A DNA stretch of 64,000 bases, from positions 46,066,001-46,130,000 of the forward strand of contig CAIIXF020000001.1 of the NCBI GenBank assembly GCA_903813345.2, given 5' to 3'. Positions 38,844-50,382 of the stretch are shown here, piece by piece; the stretch's first letter is position 1, and every line of letters starts with the position of its first letter. A program made the position numbers and the translations under genes. The DNA comes from Owenia fusiformis. Taxonomy: Eukaryota. The notes below the pieces were generated by a model that searched no databases, had not been told where the DNA came from, and saw only the letters and a list, made by a program, of their open reading frames with translations.

Positions 38844-41800
38844 TCAGTTTATTTCATGTCCAACAGAGTCAAAGGCATTAGCCTTATGATCAGAAGGCAT
38901 TGCTCTTGCCTCATATGTACAGATAGTAACTCCATGCTTTTTAAACTGAAATGAATAAGAAAAATAAATGAAATGAAAACCTGACAGATTTTAGATTTGA
39001 AGAACGCATTAACATGCAAAATGTCACCACCAATCATTTGTTACAGACACAGAGTGCCAAACACCATCCACAAAAAAAGTTTGAGACTATAACAATATGT
39101 CACCACTTCTGGTGGTGACAAAACAAAAACCTGGAAAATAAGATAACAATTTTGTTAAATATTAAGCCTCAATACCAAAATGCAAGATTCAAAACTCTTC
39201 AACTTTGCTTGTGTGGAAAGTATAGAGGAAAACCCATCCTTAATTACAGGTCCTTTAACTCATCTGATGAGGATGGCCCTTTAATCATATATTTTTTCAT
39301 AATAGTATACAGTTTGATATAATATGAAATGTGAAAAATGAAAAGAATTCTTGATTATGACATTTGACAAGTTGTATTCTGAACCTTTTGACTTTCAAAG
39401 TAAACGATTTAACTTTTAGAGTAAAAAGAAACACTTCAATTGTTTAAATGTCCTACTATCATAAAATTAGAGAGATTTTACTTAGAGTAAGTTTCCATTA
39501 ATGGTTTTTCTCTGCTTCCCTTTAAATTAATTTGCAGAATGCAAAAATGGTCAGATAAACAGTAAAACTATAAAATATGCTTACTTCAGAAAATTCTCCT
39601 TTGAGCCCTATGTAATAAACCTTTGTGATATCATCACCAAAGTTCTTTGTAAAATAAATTGTGAGATGCTCCACACTGGAGAATCTGGAGATTCTGAAAT
39701 ACATAAAAGAATACAAGCTCATTAAAACTAACTTTTTAAATTAAGCTTTGTAACATGAAATATATGTCACTTCCTTTCATTTGATGGTGGAGGAAATACA
39801 CTAGTGTGACATCTTTGTGTATAAATTGTTGACTTTAATCAATAGCAAGATAGTTAAAGAAAGTGCAATATATACTGATGTGACATCTATAATGCATCAA
39901 GTTTTATAAATTCTAATTCCCAATGTTCTTAATTCATATTCTCCATGGAATTCATTTTGTTAACTGCTACACCAACCTTCCTGACATTTTTCAAATTGGG
40001 GGTTGGAATGGCAGCAAGTGAGCCTGGGGCAGTGCTAGGAGCTCTGTCAGGGAGGCTCCCTTATTATAATTTTAATGTTTCAACCTTATTTCCTGCAGAT
40101 ATGGTAACTTTTTGGAAGTAAATAAAAATGAGGGTTTGGAGTGTAAAACGTTCCTATAAAATAAACTACAAATATCAAATAGGTAAAAGAGCATCTAACT
40201 AAATAAGTGATTACTACTGTGTAGAATTTATTGAAAAACATATGCCTAAAGGAAACGCTCACTTCGTTTCATACTCTAGTTGTCCAAGTCGGTCTTCATG
40301 CATCTCAAAGACTTGGTCTGCTTCTGCAGCTGCATCATCGAATGTCATGTGGGGACGATTCTTGAATCTGAGAGAACATTTCAAATAAAATGGTCCTATA
40401 ATCCATATGACTTTAGTTTGTGAAACATATCAAAAATTTGTCATTTTGTTCCTTTATAAACATTCCTAAATCAAAATAAGTCATTTTGATATGCAAACTG
40501 AATATAAATTTTAAATATTGGAAAAGAGATATCTACATTACTTTATTAACTTTTAACATCTTCCTAATTCTTTAAAAGCTTCATGCATATTTTAAAATTG
40601 CCCTTTTTTGATTGACAAAAAATATCTACAATTAAACAATGGCGAAATGAAAGTAAAAAGTAAAACTGTCCTAAGTTCAATATACTTAGATAATTGTTAA
40701 TACCCAGGCCCGTAGCCAGGGGGGTTCGCAGGGTTCAGACGAATCCCCCCCCCCCTCCGGCCAATAAGTCTTTCAAAATCATGCAGTTTTTCACCATTTT
40801 GAGCACTTCTCAAGTGATTTTAGCCATATTTGGGCCAAAATTGTCAAATGTGAACCCCCCTGGAAACTTTTGAAAACTGACCCCCCCCCCCCCCCCCTTG
40901 GCAAATACTGGCTAAGGGCCTGAGTTGTTATTGTCAGTGAAGTTTGCCTCACTTCCCCCTATTTTCCTCAGACTAAAACCCTGAGACTTCTTCATGCATT
41001 CATGTTCTCCAATTCTATCTCTCCACATCAACAATTATTCTCTTTGACTAGTTTTTGCCCATACTGATTTATTTTAGTTACAATTCTGTTCACCCTTTGC
41101 CTTGTTCTAGTATATCTACTCACAGTTTCATTTCAGCAGGATGCTGATCACCTTCCCCTCCAATTACTATGATTCCCTTCAGCTTTATGTTGCCAGTGAA
41201 CCTATAACAGAAACCAATGGCATATAATTTGATAGTTTTATATGTGGGTAGGAGATGGGATGGGCTTGTTATCCTTAAATTCTAACACAAATCACCATCA
41301 GAAAGCCACACTGCACTTGTCAGTATTAGAGAAGCTAATAGCGCTAACCTTTTCCTCTAAAAATGGTAGATGGCTATAATCAACACACATAAGAGGTAAA
41401 TATCTGTTTATATCATGTAATATACATATGTATTTCCAAAGATGTGTACACACATGCAGATTTTAATGATTGAGGAAGAACAAGTAATCCGTATCTCATT
41501 TTGACTGAAGTACACTGTATCAAAAGGTATCCCGGGTTTACAACACTAATACATGTAGGGAGCATATAGTACCGGATTTTCTCGCATATAAGCCCTGGAC
41601 GTATAACTGAAAGAAGGGGTAATTTCGTCTGTTATTTTACCTCTTATTTTTCGCCCATGGGCGTATAAGTGTACTACTTTCGATTTTTGGCCCAGTGGGC
41701 GTAAAGGAAGGCATCAGCCATCTTCCTCAAAGACTACCGTACCTACTCGGTTGTAGTCCTACCGCATGTTTTGTAAGAATTATAAAGGAAATGTCACCTA

Positions 41801-44800
41801 CAACCTTGGACTTAATGTTGAAACAAAGTAACAGAACGATCCACCACTGCCACTTACGGCACAGCGTTGAACTTAATGTTGAAACAAAGTAACGACAGAA
41901 CGATCTGCCAGTGACAAAATACCCTTGAATTTATTCAAAAAATCAATAAATAGTCATTTTTTATAGGCCCATGGGCGTATAAGCGTTCTACATTCGATTT
42001 TTGGCCCATGGGCCTACATTTAGGGGGGCGTATATGCGAGAAAATCCGGTATGTTATTCTCACAACGGCTAGTATCAGTTTCAATATTTTGGGTTTTTAG
42101 TGAATTTAACTACCTTGGCATGCGAACAAATAGCTCAGAAGACAACAGAATCATTGATTTAATACCTCACTCACAAGTTATGTGAACAGATCGGGTTAAA
42201 AGTGCAGTTCTTAACTGTTTTTTGAAGTTCCTTTTACGTATCTAAGTGAGGAATTAAATCAACGATTCTGTTGTCTTCTGAACTATTTGTTCGCAAACAT
42301 ATACATTTTCTTAAACATATGATACTGATACCCGTTTGTGATAAAAATGTTGTGGGAATTCTGCCTACAACACGTGAATACCTTGGACGTTCTGACATTT
42401 TGTTACCAAAATAAGTCATTCTGGTAACCAGCATAATCGAGCGGATCACCAGTGATAAATATGATTTATCACAACTGAACAGTTATGCCGAGAATGTTTC
42501 CACTACACCCTAAATATTTCCTGGTGAGAGCCCTGCAACCTAATATGGACATGCTCTTTAACCTTTGCAGACTCTAACCCCCTCTCTATCCCTTGATATA
42601 CTTGTAGAACCCTTTTGTACTTGGTGTGATATAACCTATTATTATATCACTATCTAGCTAGCGACAGTATGATTGGTCAAAATCGGGTCACATGTCGTGG
42701 GATATCTGGCGATATTCAATGGCAATGCTAATCAGATAAGACAACCGTGAGATATCTAGCGATATCCCACGCTCCCGGGAATTTTCAAAGAATTTGTTTT
42801 CGTTCAGTGTAAATAATTTAGTTCAGTGTAAGTCAAAATGGCAGACGAACCGAGTAGATTCAATGTATTTCAATGTTAACCTATGACTTAATAATATTAG
42901 GGATGTTTAGCTAGACAGTGATATAATAAAACAAATATTTCACTCTATTGAGGTGAATACCTGTAGCACTTTCACAAGGTGATATTCCACTTGCCCTTCG
43001 GGCTTCGTGGAATATCACTTGTGAAAGATGTACAGGTATTCACCTCAATAGAGTGAAATATTCAGGCCTGTCAACTGTCCCGCAATTTGCGTATTTGTCA
43101 CGCATTTGCTGAAGAATTTGAAGTCACGCCAGTTATTTTTGCGTGACAGAAAATGTCACGCAAATACGCATTTTACCTGGTAATTGTCAAGCAAAAATAT
43201 TTCTGTAGAAAAATTTCTAAAAAAGATCGTCTGCACAGCAAAAATACGAACGCCGGAAAAAAATGTACGCATTTCGTTCGGACTTTTCACGCGAATTACG
43301 TATATGTCACGCATTCCGTTCGAAAATTTTCGTACCTACCCCCCCCCCTAGACTGTATCCTTCGTCTGAATAAATATTCAGACTGTAAGTCACCTATTGT
43401 AAAATGTGGTGTTGTATAAATGTTACAAATAAGTTTGTTAAATGATAAAATGATTACCTTATAAAGTACTTACAATATTATTTTTTCGTATATTGTCCTC
43501 TTACTGAAGATATTCATAAAATGTACAGACGCTTCTTGTAGCGAAGCCATTGATTAGGTCAAGCCATTTTGGCAATGCCAATTCTCACGATAAACGAGAT
43601 TTAGCCAGTGACGTCAGTCTATTTGTAAACAAATAACACGTGGAGCGGACGGAAGCGTGTTGATAAATTCCATTTGTGCGGGAATTTATTAGATCTAGTC
43701 ATTTATTATCATTATCCCGATTAATTTTCTTCATTTATAGTAAATAGAGCGGAAATATTCATGAAGAAGGCCGAGGTAATCAAGTGGTCATGTGTTGTCA
43801 AAGTTCAAAATTTGCATATCTCGTTTGGATCTCGTGAACTCAAACGTCCTTGACATTGATTTCGCGATGTACTTATAAACACATCCTGAAGTTTTGGTGA
43901 GTCTGAACATTTCATTATTTTATATCAACTTGTACCCGCCTTATACAAATATTTTTGCTTCTAGTTTAAGATGAACATCTCTTCAACATATTCACCAATT
44001 TTCAAGGTGAACATTCTTGTAATAAACGAGAAATTTATGTGCAAAAAATATCACCGAGATTTCCACAGGAAATATATCAATCATAACAGACCGAATATTA
44101 TATTCGGTCTGTTGGATACATACTACCCCCCCCCCCCCCCCCCCCCCCCCCGTTGATGGATGTTTGAAACGTTCAAAATTTGGCAAGATGTAATAATATG
44201 GAAACCAATCAAAATTTGGATAAAGGTGTTCAGATTTGGACCAAGGTGTCCACATTTTGAGGGGAGGTGTTCAACATTTCCAAGTCACTCATGTTAGGTG
44301 TTCCCAAGTTGACAGGCCTGAATATTTGTTCAATATTTCATAAGGGCAGGGGCCGATCTGGGAACCAACAAGGGGGGCCCAAACTTCTGGTCTGAGAAAA
44401 ACAATTTGGGCCCCTAAAACCCATATTTTGAAATTTTGAGGCCCACTTTCTTCAAAATTTGGACTAAAATTAAAAAATAAGGGCTAAGAAGGCCCATTTA
44501 TGACCAAAAAGGCCCACTTTTTGGGGACTCAAGGCCTTTTTTGGCTCAACATTTTTTGGGCCCAATTTATTTTTTCTGGGCCCAGGCCCGGGCCCCTGTA
44601 CCCCCACCCAGATCCGCCAGTGAAGGGTATGCTCTGTAACGCTAACCCCTTATAGATACTCACGGAATATTAAACAGCAACTCTTCATCAGCATCACTTT
44701 CCACAAACTGAAAAGCATAAGAGAAAAACACTGCAAAAATCAGACCATTTTTAACCTCATAATCTGATGCCTATATCTGATTTTGCATTTTTACTTGCAT

Positions 44801-46426
44801 GTCTTCTAAAACATCACCCCACCTTCAAAAATCATGGTAAATGGATTAATTTGTCAACACTCTCTTCAAACGTAAACTTTTTAGTTTTCAAGCAAGACAG
44901 CTAGAGATGAACAAATTATGAGATGAAATGTACGTCTCATGATTGTCCTGAATTATTTGAGTCTCTACCTTACAGCTAGATGTAACTTCATTGATTTTCG
45001 TAATCTAGAAAAAGAGTCACACGCACCTAGAACTCCTATTTAATAATTTTTATAAATATTTATAAGAATATTAATTATGTTGAGGTTGAAGCGTTGCTTC
45101 TCTGGATTAAGATGTTTCAAAATTTCTTTTCGGAAAGAACCTCAAACTCAAGGATCCAACATTTATCCAGCTCACTCAGCAGAAAAATGGAGGCCATTTT
45201 GAAATGAAATTCCACTTGGCTAAATTAAAATACATAAAACAATCGATTAAGACGGGGATATGAGCTGATATTCTGCAAATGTATGCATAAATGTATGTTT
45301 CATATAATAATACCGTAACAAATGTGCGTGTGTCATCATGATTTAGAAATACTGAATAACCAAGTCAGCTGTAGTCTATATTTAATAGACTGAATATCAT
45401 TCCAAATTTCAAAAAAATTTCAGACTAGAGGATATAGTCTAAAGTCAGCTGTAACAATCACTCAAAGCTGGAATATAGAGGGCTTATCGCGTCCTACGAC
45501 CCCTTTAGATTGTGGTCGTACGCGCGTATAATTGGTCAGTCAATGTTTTTACAAAGTTGGAGAAAATACTACACATTGCACACCTAAATGACCTACCTCG
45601 ATACATTCCTTAGTATTTTAGAATTCTTTTTATGTTGTTAGATCGCCAATTGTATGGGTTTATCGGCAGAACGAAGAGATTTTAGTTTTTACATCGGAAA
45701 TATATCAGCAATTTTCAAAATGTCGGAAGGGGAATTCCCCAGGGATTTCCCTTATGACTGGTGCATGCCGGGAACTGAATGGAGGAATTTGACGGTTGAA
45801 ATAAGTTAAATATTACACGCAAATATTGCTATCAAAAACGAAAACCTCTTCGTTTTGCCGATAAACCCATACAATTGGCGATTCAACTACATAAAAATAA
45901 TTCTAAAATACTAAGGAATGTATCGAGGTAGGTCATTTAGGTGTGCAATGCGTAGTATTTTCTCCAACTTTGTAAAAACATTGACTGACCAATTATACGC
46001 GCGTACGACCACAATCTAAAGGGGTCGTAGGATGCAATTATAGAGGGCTTTGGACCTAAGTAAGTCTTGAATGGGATTTTTAGCAACCTTCACCTGAATA
46101 ATTCACTGTGCCGTGTTTGTTTCAACTGTTCCCATTCACTGTTTAATAATATATATGGTTTATATTTACAGATTATTGACATAGACATAGATAAAGAATG
46201 GAAAAGAAAAATTTGGGCGATAATATGTGATATTTACTTTTTCTGAATCTAAACGACGGTCCCATGGCTTGAATACATCTTTCCCAGATCCGTCAACGAC
46301 TTCATTTAGACACTGAACCTTCTCTGTATCTATCTTCAAATACAAACTGTACTGTTGTCCTCGCTCTGCATCGTCATGGTCATGTTTATGATGATCTTGT
46401 CCACAACTGTGACCGTGACCGGACAT
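38844..46426 (-). CDS. PITHD1: PITH domain-containing protein 1, 6 exons, 208 aa
   Basis: Exons 46426-46238 (MSGHGHSC..YSLYLKID..CLNE..VFKPWDRRLDSEK), 44707-44664 (FVESDADEELLFNIP), 41201-41124 (FTGNIKLKGIIVIGGEGDQHPAEMKL), 40367-40263 (FKNRPHMTFDD..), 39693-39585 (ISRFSSVEHLTIYFTKNFGDDITKVYYIGLKGEFSE) and 38945-38844 (..VTICTYEARAMPSDHK..). All GT-AG with consistent phases; 627 nt. Confidence 0.96.
40705..40922. mobile_element. hAT-like MITE in PITHD1 intron 3
   Basis: CAGGCCCGTAGCCAG ... CTGGCTAAGGGCCTG: 15-bp TIR with 1 mismatch and internal C-runs; no TSD visible. Confidence 0.65.
41572..42049. mobile_element. Tc1/mariner (pogo/Tigger-type) MITE with TA TSD
   Basis: TA|CCGGATTTTCTCGCATATAAGCCC ... 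GGGCGTATATGCGAGAAAATCCGG|TA, with internal repeats GCCCATGGGCGTATAAG. Confidence 0.8.
42058..42344. mobile_element. Palindromic MITE
   Basis: 51-bp arms at 42121-42171 and 42245-42295 are near-perfect inverted copies; the outer arms are also complementary. Confidence 0.7.
42630..44337. mobile_element. Double-hairpin (Crypton-like) non-autonomous element, interrupted by the 43063-44320 insertion
   Basis: Inverted pair 1 at 42639-42660 / 42908-42929. Inverted pair 2 at 42930-42966 / 43031-43062 around a GCCCTTCGGGC loop; its arm continues (TGTT) after the insertion. The family label comes from architecture only. Confidence 0.5.
43063..44320. mobile_element. Non-autonomous hAT-like DNA transposon (1258 bp) with 6-bp TSD
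   Basis: AATATT|CAGGCCTGTCAACT ... AGTTGACAGGCCTG|AATATT: perfect 14-bp TIR with a 6-bp flanking duplication. Confidence 0.8.
44347..44622 (+). mobile_element. hAT5-like MITE with 5-bp TSD, uninterrupted copy
   Basis: AAGGG|CAGGGGCCGATCTGGG ... CCCAGATCCGCCAGTG|AAGGG. Confidence 0.75.
45486..46038. mobile_element. Foldback/MITE with ~200-bp TIRs and a 12-bp flanking direct repeat, in PITHD1 intron 1
   Basis: Arms ~45486-45690 and ~45835-46038 are near-perfect inverted copies. TATAGAGGGCTT occurs at 45474-45485 and 46039-46050. Confidence 0.85.
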
Positions 46427-46479
46427 CTTACTAATTTACGGCAAAAACAAAGTTTACGACATACAAGCACCTGTAAAAA

Positions 46480-46496
46480 TGGCGCGAATTTCAAAA
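46480..46496. promoter_or_regulatory. E2F/CHR-like composite motif upstream of PITHD1
   Basis: TGGCGCGAATTTCAAAA (TTTTGAAATTCGCGCCA on the minus strand), 54 bp upstream of the ATG; overlaps a YY1-like AAAATGGCG. Confidence 0.35.
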
Positions 46497-46796
46497 TGTC
46501 CTTGTCAGAATCAGATCTTGTAACGGATGACAAAATTGCAAGAAACGTGTACTATTGGTCTACCAATCTATTCCTTATGATCTCAAATACAATATCTCCC
46601 AAAATATCAGTGATATACTCAAAGGTTCTAGGCCGATATCACTGGGCGGATCTGGGCGGGGGGGGGGCTGGGGGCCCGCCCAGATTCAGGCCAAATTTTG
46701 AAGAAAATGGGCCTCAAATTTTGGCCCACTTTTGGGTTTTAGGGGCCCAAAGTTTAAGTTTTTTTCTCTGACCTGAAATTTGCCCCCCCCCCTTGT

Positions 46797-48912
46797 GGGG
46801 GGGGGGGTGTATAGAGATATTGTATATCGTATAAGAGGGCTGAAAATTTATTGTATATTGTATAAGAGGGGGCAAAATTTATCGTATATGGTATAAGAGG
46901 TGTAGAAAATATGGTATATGGTATAATAGAAATATATGGTATATGGTATCTAGAATTAATAAGGCTAATTATGAAGAAATTGTACCCTAAAGTTCCCAAT
47001 TGTGCCAACTCTCTTACTGTAACTGGTTGGAAAAACATGGAAAAGTAGTCTCTCTAATTGGTTCCACATTCCAGGTCAATCAATACTGTATGTTTAGAGA
47101 AAATCATTCTCAAACTAAGAGTTTTGTGGCCTTTTCATTCAAATTTTCACAGGAGGTGTTAAATACGGTCTCGAATAAGAATCCGCCCGGTGATCAGAAG
47201 AAATGAACGGAGGGGGAGTAGCTGATTTTCGGTAGAAAATTCAACAAATTTGAAAATTTATTTTTTCAAGAGAAGGTTTACAATTGAATGGCTAAATGAA
47301 TAGGCGCAGTGAACAGGGAAATATGTTAGGTCTTCTTGGATTTTTTTTGAACTGTGGAATTCTAAGATAAAAGATCTATTAAAAAAGTGCAGCGTCGCCA
47401 ACTTGCAAATGCCAATGTTTTGCTATCAAGCAACAGGGGTCTACACGACCTGTAATAAATACTTGTAAGTGAAGTAATTATCACAAAACTATTGTCATCG
47501 TTGGTTTTGCAAAAAAATGTTACCATACGTTATATAAAAAGTAATCGAAAATTATTAAAATTGAACGGAGGGGGGAGTAATGTGTCTATAAGACATATAA
47601 AAAGAGATATAACTTGACTTTATTTCCAATAACTCCATATGTCCCCATTTTTCACTTTTCAGAGTTGTAACATCAAGCTGTTACTGAGTTACTGAGTTCA
47701 TTTTTCAAGTACTCGAATTTCTTGGAGATTTCTTCCACCTTAAAGACATATTACTCCCCCCTCCGTTCACTCCCCCCTCCGTTCATTTTTAATTATTTTT
47801 GATTATTTTTTATCTATCATTTGGAAAATTATTCTAAAAAACCGGCAATGAAATTAATTTTGTGATAAAAGTGTCGCTTATATATATTTATTACAGGTCG
47901 TGCAGACCATTGTTGCTTGATTTATAGCAAAAACATTGGCATTTGCACGTTGGCTACGCTGCACCTTTTTTAATAGATCTTTAATCTTAGAACTCCATCA
48001 GTTCAAAAGAAATCCAAGAAGACCTAACATATAAATCAGCTACTCGCCCCTCCGTTCATTTCTTCAGATCATCTACATGGAAGTTGAAGTCCTTTATTTC
48101 TGAAACTGTTTTCAATACTTAATATTTTCCAGGTAACTGCTTTACAAAATTATTGTGCATTGTGAATCTTCATTATCTATCTGATACATATTTTACTCAG
48201 CAAACTTTATTTTCATAGAACACATGATGAATCTTTTATTCCACATTCTCAATTTTGATCAATTATGTTTCAAGGAATTTTTTCCCTGGCTCACTATGAT
48301 GAATTCTCTTGACATTAAAATAAGTCATGGGAAAGTAAGTCATAAGAAAGAGGAACACTCAAATGATGCAGGTTTTATGCTTATTTTGAATATCTTTATG
48401 GTACTTTTACAGGTAATGGCTGTAGCAAATTGCAGAAATGTTAAGTTAGTTTTTTGGTCAAAGTAGGTTGTGAAATCACTAAAGAGAAGTCATGAATCTT
48501 ATACCATAAATGTGTTTTAAATCAACTTGCTGAAATTAAAATGTGGTCACAGCTTTTCTGAACATGCGGAATGCGGATGTACCCGAATGGTGCCTTATTC
48601 ATAATGTAATAAATGAAATCATTGTGGTATGTATGTGGAGTCTATTTGCCTTATAATAATACATTTACTTTAGTACATGGATTCTCTCCTAATATTATTT
48701 CCTTATAAATATCCAAACTTTAATCAACAGCAGTTTCAAAATTATCGTATATTGTATTTCACCTGAACTTTTGTAAAATATCGTATATGGTATAAGAGCT
48801 GTGAAAAATATTGTATATGGTATAAAAGGGGTGAAAAAATATTGTATATGGTATAAGAGAGCTGAAAAATATTGTATATGCATTTCCAAGACCCTCTATA
48901 CACCCCCCCCCC
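46797..48912. mobile_element. TIR element with G-run ends (Mutator-like or Sola-like) and ~30-bp subterminal tandem repeats
   Basis: (G)11TGTATAGAG ... CTCTATACA(C)10, flanked by a duplicated TTGT (up to CCCCCTTGT). ATATTGTATATGGTATAAGAG-type tandem units at ~46817-46947 and ~48745-48880. Confidence 0.65.
47189..48072. mobile_element. Foldback element with ~330-400 bp diverged inverted arms
   Basis: GATCAGAAGAAATGAACGGAGGGGGAGTAGCTGATTT (47192..) is inverted at ~48034-48070. 47321-47587 is inverted at 47744-48031. The right arm lacks ~47229-47320. Confidence 0.75.
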
Positions 48913-49059
48913 TTGTTGGTTCCCAGATCCGCCCCTGGATATAGCAGCACCAACAAAATCCAGTATTATCGTCTTTTTCTCTATTTATAAATAAACACAG
49001 ATCGATTACTATGCCATCTTTATTTAAAAATTATTTCTATCGACCATGGTTGTAAAATG

Positions 49060-49410
49060 AATGGCTCTTCCATTTGGAATACTTCGGGCACATCTGCCGA
49101 TCTCCTGCCAATACTGCAGCACGCTTCTGGGGCAACCCCAGTGGATTAGCCTAAGCTTACTATATCTATATCCTCTATAGATACCCCTAGGCCAAACGCC
49201 ACAGTACATATCAGAATCCGAATAGTGCTGTCTTTTCTAGTAAAAGTGGAGATAATATTCGTTCTTTGTCTTCTTTAGAAGTTGTGCTAGTATGAGTATC
49301 CATGAGTCTATTTTGTATTGATTTTGATTAGTGATTGTAAACTATAGGAATGGTAATATAATGGAAAAGTTCCATGTAAAGTTGAGCGACATTTGTTTTG
49401 TCTGAAGCTA
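49060..49410 (-). pseudogene. Decayed RecQ-like SF2 helicase fragment, probably from an AcademH transposon
   Basis: Across frameshifts it reads RLMDTHTSTTSKEDKERILS..TVAFGLGVSIEDIDIV|IHWGCPRSVLQYWQEIGRCAR, which matches RecQ-family motifs V and VI (ATxAFGMGI..IH..P.S...Y.QE.GRAGR). Confidence 0.75.
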
Positions 49411-50382
49411 TTTTTTAACTCTGAAAAAGTCATTGAATGTTAAATCTCAAACTTGTAGATGCTTTTTGAAAAAATTGGTCATTGAGTGTTAAATGAAAAA
49501 ATCTAACGTCAGATTTGAACTTATGATAATTTGTAGATGATTTAAAAAATGTAGTCGGTCTAACTTAAAAGGACAAAGTGCGTAAATGAAGTCTCACTTT
49601 TGATCTCCATAGTATTTCCAATAGATAAATAAGTACCTGATCTTTCATTTGACACCAAAAACAGCTCAAACAGACCACATCAGAGTTGACACTAGATCAT
49701 GAAAAAATATTTTTGATCTATCAATTTATAGATGTCAAGTTTTTAGCAATGCCATAGAAAGATGGCATTGTTGTTTGCATTAATTGTCCATTCATTTTCA
49801 ACCATACGCCATCTTTTAGTCCAAGAGTTATTTAAAAACATACACTTTGTGAAAAGTGGTAATTCACTTCTTTTGATCTCTGAACTTCAAATGCTGTTTT
49901 CCAGGCGAGTAATTTTTTTCTCACTTCAGTATTGACCCAAATTAAAGTTTTTATCATATTTGATTGACTGTGTGAGTGACATGCCTCAAATAATATTTTG
50001 TCCTTTTTTCCTTCTAAAATAAGCGCATTGCCTGGTTAACCAGTATTTGTGAATTACAAAAATTATGAATGACTATTTGTTTCTGTGATAAAAGTTTCAT
50101 TAAAGTATATCTAAAGTATTCAATTATACCTTACTACAACATCCAGAGAGCCACAACCGAACTGAGTTTATGTTCTGGAGCAGTCTGTACTTCTTGGACT
50201 TTGTGTGGTTCAATATTATCACTGTGATTATGGATGTACAGACACCAAAACTTTTATCTGTATTCCTAAAACATATATGATAGAATACATGGTCTTCCAA
50301 AAGTAGTAGGACTGCTGGTGCTGGCATTTTGTTAATTATGCACCAAGTGCTGGTATACCAGGGCTAGGTCTTGAGGTGTTAT

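Larger units (their letters stand above)
46640..48937 (-). mobile_element. Second hAT5-like MITE copy, split by a ~2.1 kb nested insertion
   Basis: GATAT|CACTGGGCGGATCTGGG (46640) ... CCCAGATCCGCCCCTG|GATAT (48937). Segments 46640-46796 and 48913-48937 together match the reverse complement of 44347-44622, with an internal deletion. Confidence 0.75.

Noticed and set aside
46355..46771. 138-aa + strand ORF overlapping PITHD1 exon 1
   Set aside because: Antisense shadow of the real exon, running into a MITE.
49566..50005. Possible Kolobok-like MITE (TTAA-AAGGACAAA ... TTTGTCCTTTT)
   Set aside because: The TIR is short and AT-rich and the right-hand TTAA is absent.
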